A stretch of 64,000 nt of DNA from an uncultured Gemmatimonadales bacterium (GCA_963828735.1 CAWHFW010000005.1:512001-576000), one strand, 5' to 3'. Positions 38,966-49,693 are shown, counted from the first letter of the stretch. Notes: a model not told the origin generated them from the sequence alone. Program-made: numbers and translations.

Positions 38966-39550
38966 TCAGGCTGTTTCGCGCTGATAGTGCAGTCCCACGA
39001 CGCCCGTCGGATAGGGAATGGCGGAACTCAAGGTGAACGTCGCATGCACCCCGTTCGGCAGGACCCGCTTGCCGCTCCCCAACGTCAGTGGATACACCAG
39101 CAAGTGGAGTTCATCGACCAGGTCGTGCGCCAACAGGGCGTGGACCAACTGGCTGCTGCCGTCCGTGACGATGTTCCTGCCAGGCTGTGCCTTCAGGGCG
39201 CGCACCGACTCGATCACGTTCTCCCGGATGATGGTGGTGTCCCGCCAGGTTGGGCGCTCGAGCGTCCTCGATACCACGTACTTCTCGGGTGTGTTCATCA
39301 TATCCCCGAAGGGATCACCCGGAGCCATGGGCTCGAACGCCGCGGCGTGTGTCACATACGTGCGTCGCCCCAGCAGCAGCGCGTCGACGTTCTTCATCAG
39401 CGCGCCGAAACTCTCGCCGATGGCGTCGTGCCAGTAGGGCAGCGTCCAGCCGCCGTGCTCGAACCCTCCGTCCCGGTCCTCGTCCTTGCCACCCGGCGCC
39501 TGCATCACGCCGTCCAGCGTCACGAACTCGGAAACAATGAGCTTTCTCAT
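38966..39550 (-). CDS. Dihydrofolate reductase/RibD C-terminal family protein
   Basis: MRKLIVSEFVTLDGVMQAPG, LLLGRRTY, LVDELHLLVYP..LGSGKR. Confidence 0.9.
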   Translation of the reverse strand: MRKLIVSEFVTLDGVMQAPGGKDEDRDGGFEHGGWTLPYWHDAIGESFGALMKNVDALLLGRRTYVTHAAAFEPMAPGDPFGDMMNTPEKYVVSRTLERPTWRDTTIIRENVIESVRALKAQPGRNIVTDGSSQLVHALLAHDLVDELHLLVYPLTLGSGKRVLPNGVHATFTLSSAIPYPTGVVGLHYQRETA

Positions 39551-39740
39551 GGGATCTTCCCTTGGTGTCGTCGTTGTCGATGGAGGCCTGAGCGTCCGGT
39601 CTCATAGAAACGTCGAATGGCGTGCGGCCAAGTCGACACCGGACCAACGCCGAGTTCCGCCACGGCTTCGAGCAAGAATGAAGGCAGGGGCTCATCATCC
39701 TGGGGCTCAGCCATGGCCGGACCCGCCTTGCTTCGGCCCG

Positions 39741-40977
39741 TCAATACGCCTCGCCGACGCCAAAGTAGAACAGCCCGCCGTCCCGACCCCACGAGTAATC
39801 GAACCGCATGTGCATCGGAAATTTCTTGGTCAGCTGGTAGCGCAGCCCGAAGCCGCCGGCCAGCAGCATCTGGGCCGTGAAAATGTCGCCCGCGCTCGGC
39901 GCGACCTGGCCGAAGCCCCCGAAGGCGGTGGCGCCAAAGCGACCGGAGGAGTGATAGCGCAGCTCCGCCTGGCCGGTCGTCATCACCGAATCGCGGTACC
40001 GGCCCTGGGTGTAGCCGCGCAGCCCCCCACGACCGGACCCGATGGAGCACATGGTCCAAAAGGGCGAGCCCCCGCTCACGCCACAGGCGCTCAGATTGGT
40101 GGCCAGCGCCAGCTGCTCGCCGCGGAGCGGCGTGTACCACGACCCCGAGAACAGGTAGCGCTGAAACGTCCGCGAGCCGCCGAGCGCATCGGTGAAGAAG
40201 AACGCCTTGAGCCGAACGAGGATGCCGTGAGTCGGCCAGTAATCGCTGTTGCGGGTATCGCCCTCCCCCTGAAGCCCCCACGCGAAGAGCCCGGTGCGCG
40301 CGGTGTCCGCGGGGACGGGCACCGGCAGCGACGCCCAGGCCCGCCGTGTCGCGCAAGGCGATGGAGGCCTCGATCCAGAGCGCGGTAACGCCGAGGTAGA
40401 CGCCGTGGGTGACGCGCCGGAGGGCCGCCCCCGTCACGAAGTTCATGTTCTGCTGGAGGCCGATGGACTTCCCGGCATCGCCCGCCCCTTGGCCGATGCC
40501 GTAGAAGTCGTAGCGAATTTCGGGGTGGCTCAGGAGTACGCGCAGGCGCCACTTGTCGCCCCCCAGCTTCGCATTCTCGACCGCCATGATGCCCCAGCTC
40601 CCGTTTTCGGTCACGAAGCCGCCCGCCATCCCGGTCGAGGGCTTGACCGCAGGGTCGGAGTCGAACTTGTGGATGAGTCCTCCCATCAGCATGAGGCCCC
40701 ACCCGACCTGCGTGTTCTTGAACGGGATCGGGGCGACCATCGGGGTGACGGACTTGCCGGTGCTCTGGGCGGCGGCTTCACTGGGATCGGACTCGGGTTC
40801 GAGGCTCGGTGAGGTCACGGCCTCCGGCTCCACCACGACCGACCCGCCCTCCTCCGATTGCGCGACCGCAGCCCGGAAGGGGAACGATGCCGCGGCCACG
40901 ACGAGCGGCAAAACGGCCGCGCGAGTTGCGTGGGCGGTGATTCGCCCGATACGGCGCATGCTTCCTTGATGAGACAT
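39741..40977 (-). CDS. BamA/TamA (Omp85) family outer-membrane protein, frameshift near 40320
   Basis: DTRNS.YWP..G, LRGY..GRYRD, QAELR, GFGLRY, FYFGVGEAY split over two frames. Confidence 0.8.
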
Positions 40978-41446
40978 GGCTCTCCAGGCGCCTCTTTGGG
41001 ACTCTGGCGAGGTCAGAGGCCAGGAACGACCATGGCGGCGATCTCGCCGGGGTGGCCGGGGCGGCTCAGCACCGCGGCTGTCTGTCGATGTCGGTAAGGG
41101 CCTACTGGACCTCCGGTCCATCGCCCGAGGTCGGAAAGCGGCCGTGGTGCAGGTAGGGTCAGGAGGGCCACGCTACTGTCCACAGTGCGGGGAGGGGAGT
41201 GGACTTTGGTCCAGCCACGGCGAGTGGTCAGTACCCAGGACCAGCATCAGTGGACTCTGGACGGGAGGTCATGCCAGGATCCGCATTGAGCACGAACGCC
41301 CATGTCCCGTTGGGCGGCGAAACTCAGCGCGGAGCAGACGGACGCCGCACCTCACACCACGGGCCGCCCGGATTACACGCGAACTGACGGGCTTACCTCG
41401 TTCGTTTGTCGTGCAGGGGACCTACTACGAAGGTCCCCCCACAACG

Positions 41447-42661
41447 CTACATCGCGCCTGCGACTTTCGTGGGCTGGAGCCGCCGCATGGTGGTGCCGTC
41501 GCCCAACCCGCCGCTGAAGTTGTCTCCCCAGCAGTAGCCCACCCCCGCGGGGGTCCTGGCACATCCGTGCGCGAAGCCGGCACTCACTTGGTCGAACAGG
41601 TGGCCGCCGGCGACGGGAGTCGGCATGTGCTGCTCGATCAGGTTTCCGGTGCCGAGCTCGGCATTCTGGTTCGTGCCCCAGCAGTAGGGAACCTTGGCTG
41701 TGGTGATCGCGCAGGTTTGGTAGGCTCCCGCGGAGAGATCCTGGATAGCGAGCCCGCCGCTCACCGCCCTGGGCCAGAGCCGCCTGTTGGTCTTGTTGTC
41801 GCCGACCTGACCGAACGTGTTGGCTCCCCAGCAGTACGCCTTGTCCGCCGACGTGACGGCGCAGGTGTGGAAGCCGCCTGCATCCACCCGCCGGTAGAGG
41901 CGACCCCCGACCACCAGCACGGGCGTTGTCCGCGCCTCCCTAGTGCTGTCGCCCAGTTCGCCATCCGTATTGATGCCCCAGCACCGCGCGCGGTCGTCCA
42001 TCGTGACACCGCATGTATGGTTCCACCCCGCGTCGACATTGCGGAACCGGAAGGAGCCGCCCACCGCGACCGGCCTGAGCCGCCGGGTGATGGTGCCGTC
42101 GCCGATCTGGCCGGTGGCGTTGCCGCCCCAACACCACAACCGGTCGTCGGTCGCCACGCCACAGGTGTGGGCCAGCCCGGCGGTCAGCTGGCGAAACAAA
42201 TGACCACCCAGCACCGCGACCGGCATGTGCCGGTCCATGACGGTGCCGTCCCCCAGTCCCCCCGCATTGGTGACGCTGAACGAGTTGGCGCCCCAGCAGT
42301 AGGCGCGGCTGTCGGTGGTGACGGCGCAGGTGAAGTCATAGCCCAGTGTGACCTGGCGGAAGCGGAGGGCGCCGCCAATGGGCACTGGACGCAAGCGCCG
42401 ACTGGTTGTCCCGTCGCCGATCTGGCCCTTGGTGTTCGATCCCCAGCAGTACAGCCGACCGTCGGCGACGATGCCGCAACTGTGGCCCTGGCCAGTGCCG
42501 GCTGCGACCTGGGCGAACACCAGGGCACTAGTGGTAGCGAGGGAGGGCAGACTCGCCTGTGGAGTGGAGGGCGCGACCTCTGTGGGCAACGCGGCGTCGT
42601 CGCGGCAGCCGAGCGCCGCCAGCAACAGCGCGGTTGCGGCTATCCGTGTTCGTGTGTTCAT
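41447..42661 (-). CDS. RCC1-repeat lipoprotein
   Basis: Lipobox ALGC; seven (AG..HTC...AYCWG.N..GQ.GDG) repeats. Confidence 0.92.
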   Translation of the reverse strand: MNTRTRIAATALLLAALGCRDDAALPTEVAPSTPQASLPSLATTSALVFAQVAAGTGQGHSCGIVADGRLYCWGSNTKGQIGDGTTSRRLRPVPIGGALRFRQVTLGYDFTCAVTTDSRAYCWGANSFSVTNAGGLGDGTVMDRHMPVAVLGGHLFRQLTAGLAHTCGVATDDRLWCWGGNATGQIGDGTITRRLRPVAVGGSFRFRNVDAGWNHTCGVTMDDRARCWGINTDGELGDSTREARTTPVLVVGGRLYRRVDAGGFHTCAVTSADKAYCWGANTFGQVGDNKTNRRLWPRAVSGGLAIQDLSAGAYQTCAITTAKVPYCWGTNQNAELGTGNLIEQHMPTPVAGGHLFDQVSAGFAHGCARTPAGVGYCWGDNFSGGLGDGTTMRRLQPTKVAGAM

Positions 42662-42765
42662 GAGCCACTCCCGTGAGTTGACGAAGAGCCGACTCCTATG
42701 ACGGACGTAGCCGAGCCGGCGCAGGGCCGGAATTGTGGTGGACGGGTCCAGGCTACTGTGTCTCA

Positions 42766-42782
42766 GTCAAGCCGGTATCAAG
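42766..42782 (-). promoter_or_regulatory. TCAAG-N6-TCAAG direct-repeat motif, copy 1
   Basis: gtcaagccggtatcaag about 105 bp upstream of the RCC1 gene; also at 45273 and 48432. Confidence 0.55.
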
Positions 42783-42976
42783 TCGGGAGAAGCGCCCGCC
42801 CCGACGGGTGGCCGGAAGGCAAGGTTCGACGAGTAGTGGTGCCTATGGTACGCTGTCTGGCAGGACGGCCACCCACGCCTCCATCTGACGTTGCGCCGCC
42901 ACTCGCTCATCACTTGAGAACTCATCTCGTTACTGTGTACCGTCTCCGGGAGCGAGAGTCGGCTCAGAGTGCGGGC

Positions 42977-44371
42977 CTAATTCCTGAGAGTGAAGGGGAT
43001 GCGGACCAGTGACCGGACCCAGGCTCCATTTACCCGGGCCGGCCTAAACTGGCAGTTGTCCAGGAGCGTTGGGGCGATTCGCTCGATCTCGGGGGAAGTC
43101 GCATTGAGTGCTCGAATTGAGCCCGGCTCCGGCAGGCCATCCCATCCGACAACGAATTCCAGGGTAACGCTGCCCACTAGGTTCGGGTTTTTCGGGTCGC
43201 ACCTTAAGAGCTGGGCCGGATCGGCTATAGAACCGGCGATGAACGGCGGAGCAGATGCCGCGAAGCGCACCTGCTGCCGCATGAGAGTCGGGATTGCAGT
43301 CGTGTCCAAGACTGGACGGAATCGACAGACTGCGAGGACCCTCTGTAGCGCTGCTCGAAGGGTGGGTTGATCCGTGCCGTTTACCTTCTCCACGACCAGG
43401 CTGGCCGTGTCTGAGATGCCTTCGGCCGATACCCGGTACGTGAACTCACCGCTGGCGCGGAGGTACCCGAGGTAGAGTGAGTCCCAAGCACACCACTGCA
43501 ACGAGGGAGGGCTGGACACTCGGGGATCGTCTGCGCGCGGGTAGCTTAACGTGTCGCCAGGTCGGGGGCTGAGGAGGGAGCCCTGAAGCTCTCCCGGCTC
43601 CATCTGCGACTGGAGATAGCTCAAATCGTCCGCCATGCGGGTTTCCGCGTAGCCAACTGGCGGCGCGAACAGGTCATCGTCCACGGTCTTGGGCTCGACC
43701 TTGATGGCTTCGATGAGCGTAGGCGAGCTGCCCTCCTTCACAAGGCTGAGCTTGAGAAGCCCTGTGCTGACGCCTTCGGGCGGCAGGCCGTGCACGGAGC
43801 CGTCGGCGGACTGACTGTCTCCCACAATGGCACTCATGACCTGCTGCAGCGCGATGCCGGTGCCCGCGGCCGCAATACACGCTTCGCCTTTGTCGTTGCT
43901 GCCAGCGGGATCGCGGCCGAGCCACACCTCACATGGGACACCCGCTACGATCTCCGTCCTGCCGGTGTTCTCGAATTTGAGGTTGCCCCAGAGCTTGCTC
44001 CAGTCTCCCCCTTCCAACTTCCTTTGCTTCATCCTCTCCGAAAACGTTGGTTCCAGCATCGGCCTTATCGCGTCGAGCTGCTTGGCATCCGTCTCCGTAA
44101 TCGTCAAGTATTGCTTCTTGTCATGCCGGATCATCCTCGACACACGGGCATCGGCGTCCACGATCATCGTGCAAGAAACCTTCAGACTCGGGCAGGTGTA
44201 ATCAAACCGGGCCTTGCGGCCCTTGGTCGTCTGGGTCTCCGTCTCTTGCTGGCCGTTCACTAGGGTCCGCCACACCACGACGCCATTGAAGCCGGTCTGC
44301 GCTGCGGCAATGCTGGGCTGCAGCGAGCTGCCGGCCAGCAGCACCGCGACCCCTGTCTTTAACCCTCGCAT
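42977..44371 (-). CDS. Secreted DUF4412-like domain fused to TonB C-terminal-like domains
   Basis: TGRTEIVAGVPCEVW, LFAPPVGY; VTLEFVVG.DG...FRPARVNG..V...VRIPF. Confidence 0.65.
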   Translation of the reverse strand: MRGLKTGVAVLLAGSSLQPSIAAAQTGFNGVVVWRTLVNGQQETETQTTKGRKARFDYTCPSLKVSCTMIVDADARVSRMIRHDKKQYLTITETDAKQLDAIRPMLEPTFSERMKQRKLEGGDWSKLWGNLKFENTGRTEIVAGVPCEVWLGRDPAGSNDKGEACIAAAGTGIALQQVMSAIVGDSQSADGSVHGLPPEGVSTGLLKLSLVKEGSSPTLIEAIKVEPKTVDDDLFAPPVGYAETRMADDLSYLQSQMEPGELQGSLLSPRPGDTLSYPRADDPRVSSPPSLQWCAWDSLYLGYLRASGEFTYRVSAEGISDTASLVVEKVNGTDQPTLRAALQRVLAVCRFRPVLDTTAIPTLMRQQVRFAASAPPFIAGSIADPAQLLRCDPKNPNLVGSVTLEFVVGWDGLPEPGSIRALNATSPEIERIAPTLLDNCQFRPARVNGAWVRSLVRIPFTLRN

Positions 44372-44447
44372 CACCCCGCGCCCCGTGACACGCTGCGGGC
44401 GAGAGCGGTCGGTTATCGGGTTGCTACCCCCGCAGTGCATGTGCAAG

Positions 44448-45021
44448 CTAGGCGGCCCGTGCGAGCGCGGTGCCGAGCTCGGTGAGGGCTTTCTCTACCC
44501 ACGCCCGGGTTCTATCCAAATCAGACTTATACATCCACGCCCCCATTCCCCAGCAAAACAACAGAGCGATCGCTCCCCGAACGGGGCCGCCAGCCAACAC
44601 AATGTTGACTCCCGCTCCAGCGGTGCCGACGAACCACGCGCCAAAAAACATGGTAGAGCTAATTGACAAGCGACATTCTACGCGGGCCTGGCTACCTTGC
44701 CACCGTATCACCCCTTGGCGTTGCGAGATCTGGCGCGGCCAAGATCGGCCTGGGAAACCCTCGCTTACGGAACAGGCACTCGGTGGGGCTGACAATCCTG
44801 GCGACGGCATTCTGCAATCCAATTGTACCCGAGCCGGCAGCGCGCCGGACTGGCGGCCCCAGCGTGCTCGGTTGTTGCAGTACACGGAGGCCATGATGGA
44901 ACACCCAAGGGACAAACTGTGTGATTGCAACCTCCTCGAGCAACTGAACCAAGAAGGCTACGGGGCAGAGTGCCGCGCCCGCATAGAAGAGGAGGTCGGC
45001 TAGGACCCGAATAGCCGACAT
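44448..45021 (-). CDS. Hypothetical membrane protein, probably one frameshifted gene
   Basis: Two overlapping ORFs (44692-45021, 44448-44930) with TM segments. Confidence 0.4.
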
Positions 45022-45225
45022 CTAGATCCTTTCTTGCGCGATTCGAGGCGGCGCCGGGCGCGTCACGTGAGCGCGAGCGTGGGTCACGTGTGTCGAGTCC
45101 GTGTGGCAGCCGCCGCTGTCGGTGGGGTCGAAGCACGGACCGGTCGGACCGCTGTCGCAGGCGGCCAGCAGGCTAAGGGTCACGAGCGCGAGCCAGTATC
45201 CGGTCCGGCCGTGGGGTACCCGCAT
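45022..45225 (-). CDS. Small lipoprotein
   Basis: GGAGG RBS; LLAAC lipobox. Confidence 0.6.
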   Translation of the reverse strand: MRVPHGRTGYWLALVTLSLLAACDSGPTGPCFDPTDSGGCHTDSTHVTHARAHVTRPAPPRIAQERI

Positions 45226-45272
45226 GGCATCCTCCAAGTCAGGGTGGTTAGCGCCAATGCTCCACTCGGCCG

Positions 45273-45289
45273 GTCAAGGCCGCGTCAAG
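45273..45289 (-). promoter_or_regulatory. TCAAG-N6-TCAAG motif, copy 2
   Basis: gtcaaggccgcgtcaag upstream of the small lipoprotein gene. Confidence 0.5.
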
Positions 45290-45538
45290 GGATGCACGCG
45301 GTTGCATTACCGTCGGGCGGCGCGGAGAGTCGCGAACCAAATCAAGGCTCGGGCTCGCCTCGAAACGCGAATGCTCCCGTCGGGCGGACGGATGCTCTGT
45401 ATGTGGCTGAGTCGTGGGTTGGCGCTCCCAGGGGAACCGGACGGAGGAGCACCAACGCCAAGATAACGGGCGGTGGCGAGCGAGCGCCAGAGCGCCACGA
45501 CGCTTCGGAACGAAAGAACTGCTAGTGCAAGAGCGGCC

Positions 45539-45922
45539 TCAGTGTGTCGAGGTCGACACCAGCCCCGTCACCGCCTTCAAGAGGGCGTCCGGAGTAAATG
45601 GCTTCGGAAGGAAGGGGCCTGGATAGTCGGGGGCTGGCCCACCCTGGCCCGACACGAGCAGGACCGGTACGGCGGACCATCGGTGCGCCATGAGCGCCGA
45701 TAACTCAACGCCCGTCATCTCTGGCATCGCGATGTCGCTCACCACAAGCTGCACCGCGCCGTCGAGCGCCGAGAGCAGGCTCACGGCTTCGGCCCCGCTG
45801 TGAGCCTCCAACACACGACAACCCGCCTCCACCAGGACACGGGCCGTGAACCGACACACCACATCCTCGTCATCCACCACCAACACAACCCGCTCCGGAA
45901 GAGAACGAGCAGCGCTGCCCAT
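45539..45922 (-). CDS. Single-domain response regulator
   Basis: VLVVDDE, VVSDIAMP, VSG, KPF. Confidence 0.85.
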   Translation of the reverse strand: MGSAARSLPERVVLVVDDEDVVCRFTARVLVEAGCRVLEAHSGAEAVSLLSALDGAVQLVVSDIAMPEMTGVELSALMAHRWSAVPVLLVSGQGGPAPDYPGPFLPKPFTPDALLKAVTGLVSTSTH

Positions 45923-46284
45923 CGGCCACGCCTCGGGATTGGGGAGAATGTGCGTCAATTTACCGTTCCCGGCTCGACCCGCTAGACCGCCTGAACTGCC
46001 TATGAACTCCTCCTTCCCGCGCGATCAGGTGTGGCACACGCGTCTGACACGAAGGCTCCTCGCAGCTTCAATCGTTCTGGGGTCTATCGTGCGGATTCTT
46101 GCATACCGGAGCGGCGCCACCGGTGCGCCGCCAGTCCGATTCTCGCGATCCAGATCACAGCCTCCCCACGGTCAGACACTTCGGTTGACCATGGGCCAGA
46201 GGCTGCCTCATCCTCCCCTGGCTGCCATGACGAGCAGACCTGATCCTTCAACTCGCTCGTCAAGCAATTCGGTTGGGGCGTCTT

Positions 46285-48324
46285 TCACGGAGTATACCGC
46301 TCGGTGATCCCGAGCACCCGCAGCAGGTTCCGTCCTCCCACCGCATATAGCAGGGCGTTGTTGATCACGCCGACCCCGAACTCCCCCCGCTCGGCGATCA
46401 TCGGGGCTTTCGTCGTCCAGGAGTTGCTGGCCGGGTCGTACATGTGGACCACGTTCCAGTAGAAGGTTCCGTCACCGTTTCGGCCGCCGAGGACATAAAA
46501 TTTCCCGCCGATCGTGGCGCCGCCGGGCGCGACCCGTGCATTCGGCATGGCGGCCCTGGTGGACCAGGTGTTGGTTCCCGGATCGTACACGTCCAACCTG
46601 GCGCTGGGCGTGCCCGACGCGTTGCTCCCGCCCGCCACGTAGATCTTGCCGCCAATCGTTCCGACCGCCGGGAACCGGTGTACGGCGGGCGCGGCACGAA
46701 GGGTCGTCCACGTGTTTGCCGCAGGGTTGTACCGGTGAAGGAGTCCCGCCAGGACCTCTCTGCCGGCCGAGAGCGTGCACCCCGAGAAGACGTACACCAT
46801 GCCAGCGATCGCCGCCGATCCGCCGCATCCACCCACCACGGGCATGCTCGCTTTGGTGCTCCACGTATTGGTGCTCGCATTGTAGGCGAACACCGATCTG
46901 GTCAGCGTGCCACTCGCGTTCTTGCCGCCGGCGACGTAGATGATGCCGGCGACGGCGGTCGCGCCATTTCCCGCCTGACGTGCGGCCGGCAGTGCGGCCT
47001 TGGCGCTCCAGACGTTCGTGCCGGGGTCGTAGACCTGCACCGTGGTGAGCGTGGCCCCGGCACTGTTGGCTCCCCCAAAGGTGTAGACCCGGCCACCCCA
47101 GGTACCAACGGCGTTCACTCGTCGAGCGGGGAGCGCCTCTGCCCGTTCGGACCAGAAGTTGGTGGACGGGATCGTCCAGCGGACAGCCCGCTGCGGGCCA
47201 CCGGTGCGATAGTTGCTCTCGCCCACGATCACCGCGGAGCCACTGATCGCGGCAGCGAAGGTGTTGTCCCCGCCGAGGGTACCGAGATCGCTCATCACCC
47301 CGCTCTGCCAGACGAACGCGTGATACACCGAGCGATGCCTGGTGTCACTGGCGGTTTTGCTGGAGCCGACGATCACACCGTTGTCGCTGATGTCGAGGGC
47401 CGAGCTGGTGGGTCCCCCGAGGGTGCCCAGGTCGGTCATCTTGCCGTTGGTCCAGAGGAACGCGTGATCGCTGCCGCCCGCCGTCCCGCTGGCGCCGACG
47501 ATCTGGCCTGAACTGTTGATCGCTGCGGCCCCGCTCTGGGGACCGCCCAGCGTACCCAGATCCCGCATCGTGCCATTGACCCACAGAAAGGCGTGCGGGA
47601 CTCCGCTCTCGATACTACTCTGACCGACGATCTGCTGGTTGTCGTTGATGTCCATGGCCTCGCCGCAGCCGCCGCCCAGTGAGCCAAGGTCCTCCACCCT
47701 GCCATTGGTCCACAGGACGGCTTCCCGGAAGCAGGAGCTGGTCTCGCTCATTCCGACGACGTCGCCGGTCTGGTTGATGCCGTTTGCAAATGCGTGTGTG
47801 GGGGCGTCAGGGAGTCGGCCGAGGTCAGTCATGGTGCCGTTCTGCCACAGGAACGCAGACGCGAAGGTGGTCTCGCCGACCTGATAGAAACTCGTGCCCG
47901 CAATCTGACCGGCATCGTTGACGTCCGCAGCAACGCTTGTGGGGAACAGGCCGCCCAAGGTTCCCAAATCCGTCATGGTTCCCGACTGCCAAGAGAATGC
48001 GTGCCTCAGGCCTGCCGTGAAATAACTGTAGCCGACAATCCGCCCGTGGCCGTTGATGCCGCTGGCGCCGCTTTCCCCACCGCCGAGATCCCCCAGATCG
48101 GTGATGGTGCTGGCGACCGCGGCCGCGGTCGGCTCCGGTCCAGCCGGAACTGACACGCTGGGCTCCACCGGAGCATCCCGGAGGCATCCCGCGGTCGAGA
48201 TGCCGAGCGCGAGGGCGACCAACCATCGGCCTTGCGGCCTGGCGGACAGTGTCCAAGAGGACTGGATAGCCGAGGCGACCACGCGGACGAGTCGCCCGAT
48301 GAGGGTCTCAGCGATGGGTGCCAT
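46285..48324 (-). CDS. Lipoprotein with HAF repeats and Kelch repeats
   Basis: STAGC lipobox; HAFLW.NG.M.DLGTLGG repeats; GG...YDP.TN.W Kelch repeats. Confidence 0.9.
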   Translation of the reverse strand: MAPIAETLIGRLVRVVASAIQSSWTLSARPQGRWLVALALGISTAGCLRDAPVEPSVSVPAGPEPTAAAVASTITDLGDLGGGESGASGINGHGRIVGYSYFTAGLRHAFSWQSGTMTDLGTLGGLFPTSVAADVNDAGQIAGTSFYQVGETTFASAFLWQNGTMTDLGRLPDAPTHAFANGINQTGDVVGMSETSSCFREAVLWTNGRVEDLGSLGGGCGEAMDINDNQQIVGQSSIESGVPHAFLWVNGTMRDLGTLGGPQSGAAAINSSGQIVGASGTAGGSDHAFLWTNGKMTDLGTLGGPTSSALDISDNGVIVGSSKTASDTRHRSVYHAFVWQSGVMSDLGTLGGDNTFAAAISGSAVIVGESNYRTGGPQRAVRWTIPSTNFWSERAEALPARRVNAVGTWGGRVYTFGGANSAGATLTTVQVYDPGTNVWSAKAALPAARQAGNGATAVAGIIYVAGGKNASGTLTRSVFAYNASTNTWSTKASMPVVGGCGGSAAIAGMVYVFSGCTLSAGREVLAGLLHRYNPAANTWTTLRAAPAVHRFPAVGTIGGKIYVAGGSNASGTPSARLDVYDPGTNTWSTRAAMPNARVAPGGATIGGKFYVLGGRNGDGTFYWNVVHMYDPASNSWTTKAPMIAERGEFGVGVINNALLYAVGGRNLLRVLGITERYTP

Positions 48325-48431
48325 GGTGACCTCCTAGGTCCAGCAGGCAGTAGCCCGAGGCGTGCTTCGAAGCTCGTGCTCGAGGGCTTCGGCACCCGTC
48401 CGAGTGCTGGGAGAATGAGTACCGTCCATGG

Positions 48432-48448
48432 GTCAAGCCGGTCTCAAG
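48432..48448 (-). promoter_or_regulatory. TCAAG-N6-TCAAG motif, copy 3
   Basis: gtcaagccggtctcaag about 108 bp upstream of the HAF/Kelch gene. Confidence 0.55.
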
Positions 48449-48989
48449 CGGCCATTCGCATCGGACACGACATATACAAACGGCGAGCGGCAGATCGGCG
48501 AGCGTCGGGTTCTACAAGGCGTCCGGCTCTCAGGAGTCGGACGTCGAGGAGGAGGCGAGGACCCGTGACTTTGCGGCCCCGATTATCGCCGTGCGTGACT
48601 TTCGCGAGGATTGTGGGACTGAGATACGGGGCCGAAAGGGAGTCGTCAATAGCCCTAGCGCCGCCGCTCGGACGGCGGCAGAGCCGACTCGTGGGGTGCG
48701 CCGTCGATGGCTGATCGCCTCAGCTCCGCTCGTCTGAGTCGCCCAGTGCCTAGGCGGAGCCAGAATGTAAGTGCACGTCGCGGTACTGCTCGGGCCCGCG
48801 GCATTGCGGACACCTCCCACAGCCGCGGCGGCCTCTTGCACAAACACTAGATCCCCAGCACCTGCACCCAGTCCGTCGGCAGGCCGGGCGCCTTCCTGGC
48901 GAGGCCCGACGCCGCGCGGGCCCGTCGTTCACGATGGCTTGATTCCATGGTCGTCGTGTGACCCCTGGAACCAGGTGAGCGGCGCTGCC

Positions 48990-49394
48990 GCTGCCGAGCT
49001 AGCGTCCGACGCGGGCCTGCGGACGAAGATGTTCCGTCACACCTACTGCGCCGCGCGGCTGCAGACACTGGATCGTGGAGCGCCGGTCTCGACCTACACC
49101 GTGGCGCGCGAGCTGGGCCACGAGTCGGAGGCGATGGTGCGCCGGGTGTATGCGCACCTGGGCGAGGTGCGGCACCGCTCCGAGGTTGTGGAGTATCGGG
49201 TGGCGCAGCACCTCGAGCAGGTCGGCGAGCGGCTGAAAAAGCTGGGGATTGTTACTGGGAACGTTACTGCGGATCCGGCTGCCGCTGAAAAGGAAACGCC
49301 CCGCGATCACGGAAGTGACCACGGGGCGGACGTTTCAGACCAGTGGGCCTGGGTAGAGTTGAACTACCGACCTCACGCTTATCAGGCGATTTGA
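48990..49394 (+). pseudogene. C-terminal fragment of a tyrosine recombinase/integrase
   Basis: KMFRHTY, VARELGH, VYAH (catalytic Tyr); N-terminal part absent; frame ends beyond the att site. Confidence 0.85.
49344..49388 (-). mobile_element. att site: 3' half of tRNA-Ile(GAT)
   Basis: Minus strand CGCCTGATAAGCGTGAGGTCGGTAGTTCAACTCTACCCAGGCCCA (anticodon loop, T arm, acceptor 3' strand); 5' half missing. Confidence 0.88.
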
Positions 49395-49550
49395 TTCGTC
49401 TTCCGCCGCCGATATTCTGCCGTCAACGGTTGATCACTAAGGCACTATTGCACCAGCACTTACCGATCAGACGGCCCCGCCACCTGCCGACATCAAGCGA
49501 CGTGAAATGCCGGGCGATGCCGCCTCCAATGGACAACACAACGGACAACA
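49367..49550. repeat. ~184-bp att/arm module, copy 1
   Basis: About 85% identical by hand alignment to 51230-51412; ends GGACAAC-N5-GGACAAC. Confidence 0.9.
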
Positions 49551-49693
49551 CAGGATCCGTGGCTGGGGTCGGGACTCGAGGAGCGTGATCCTACGGCTTA
49601 ATGATGCTCTCGGCGACTCGCTCGTTGGACAAGCCACCATCTTAGAGGAAGCCCCGAGCACGGTGCCCCAGCTCGGGGGTAAGCTCGTCGTGT

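Noticed and set aside
49344..49388. Functional tRNA-Ile gene
   Set aside because: D arm and 5' acceptor strand are missing; it is an att-type fragment
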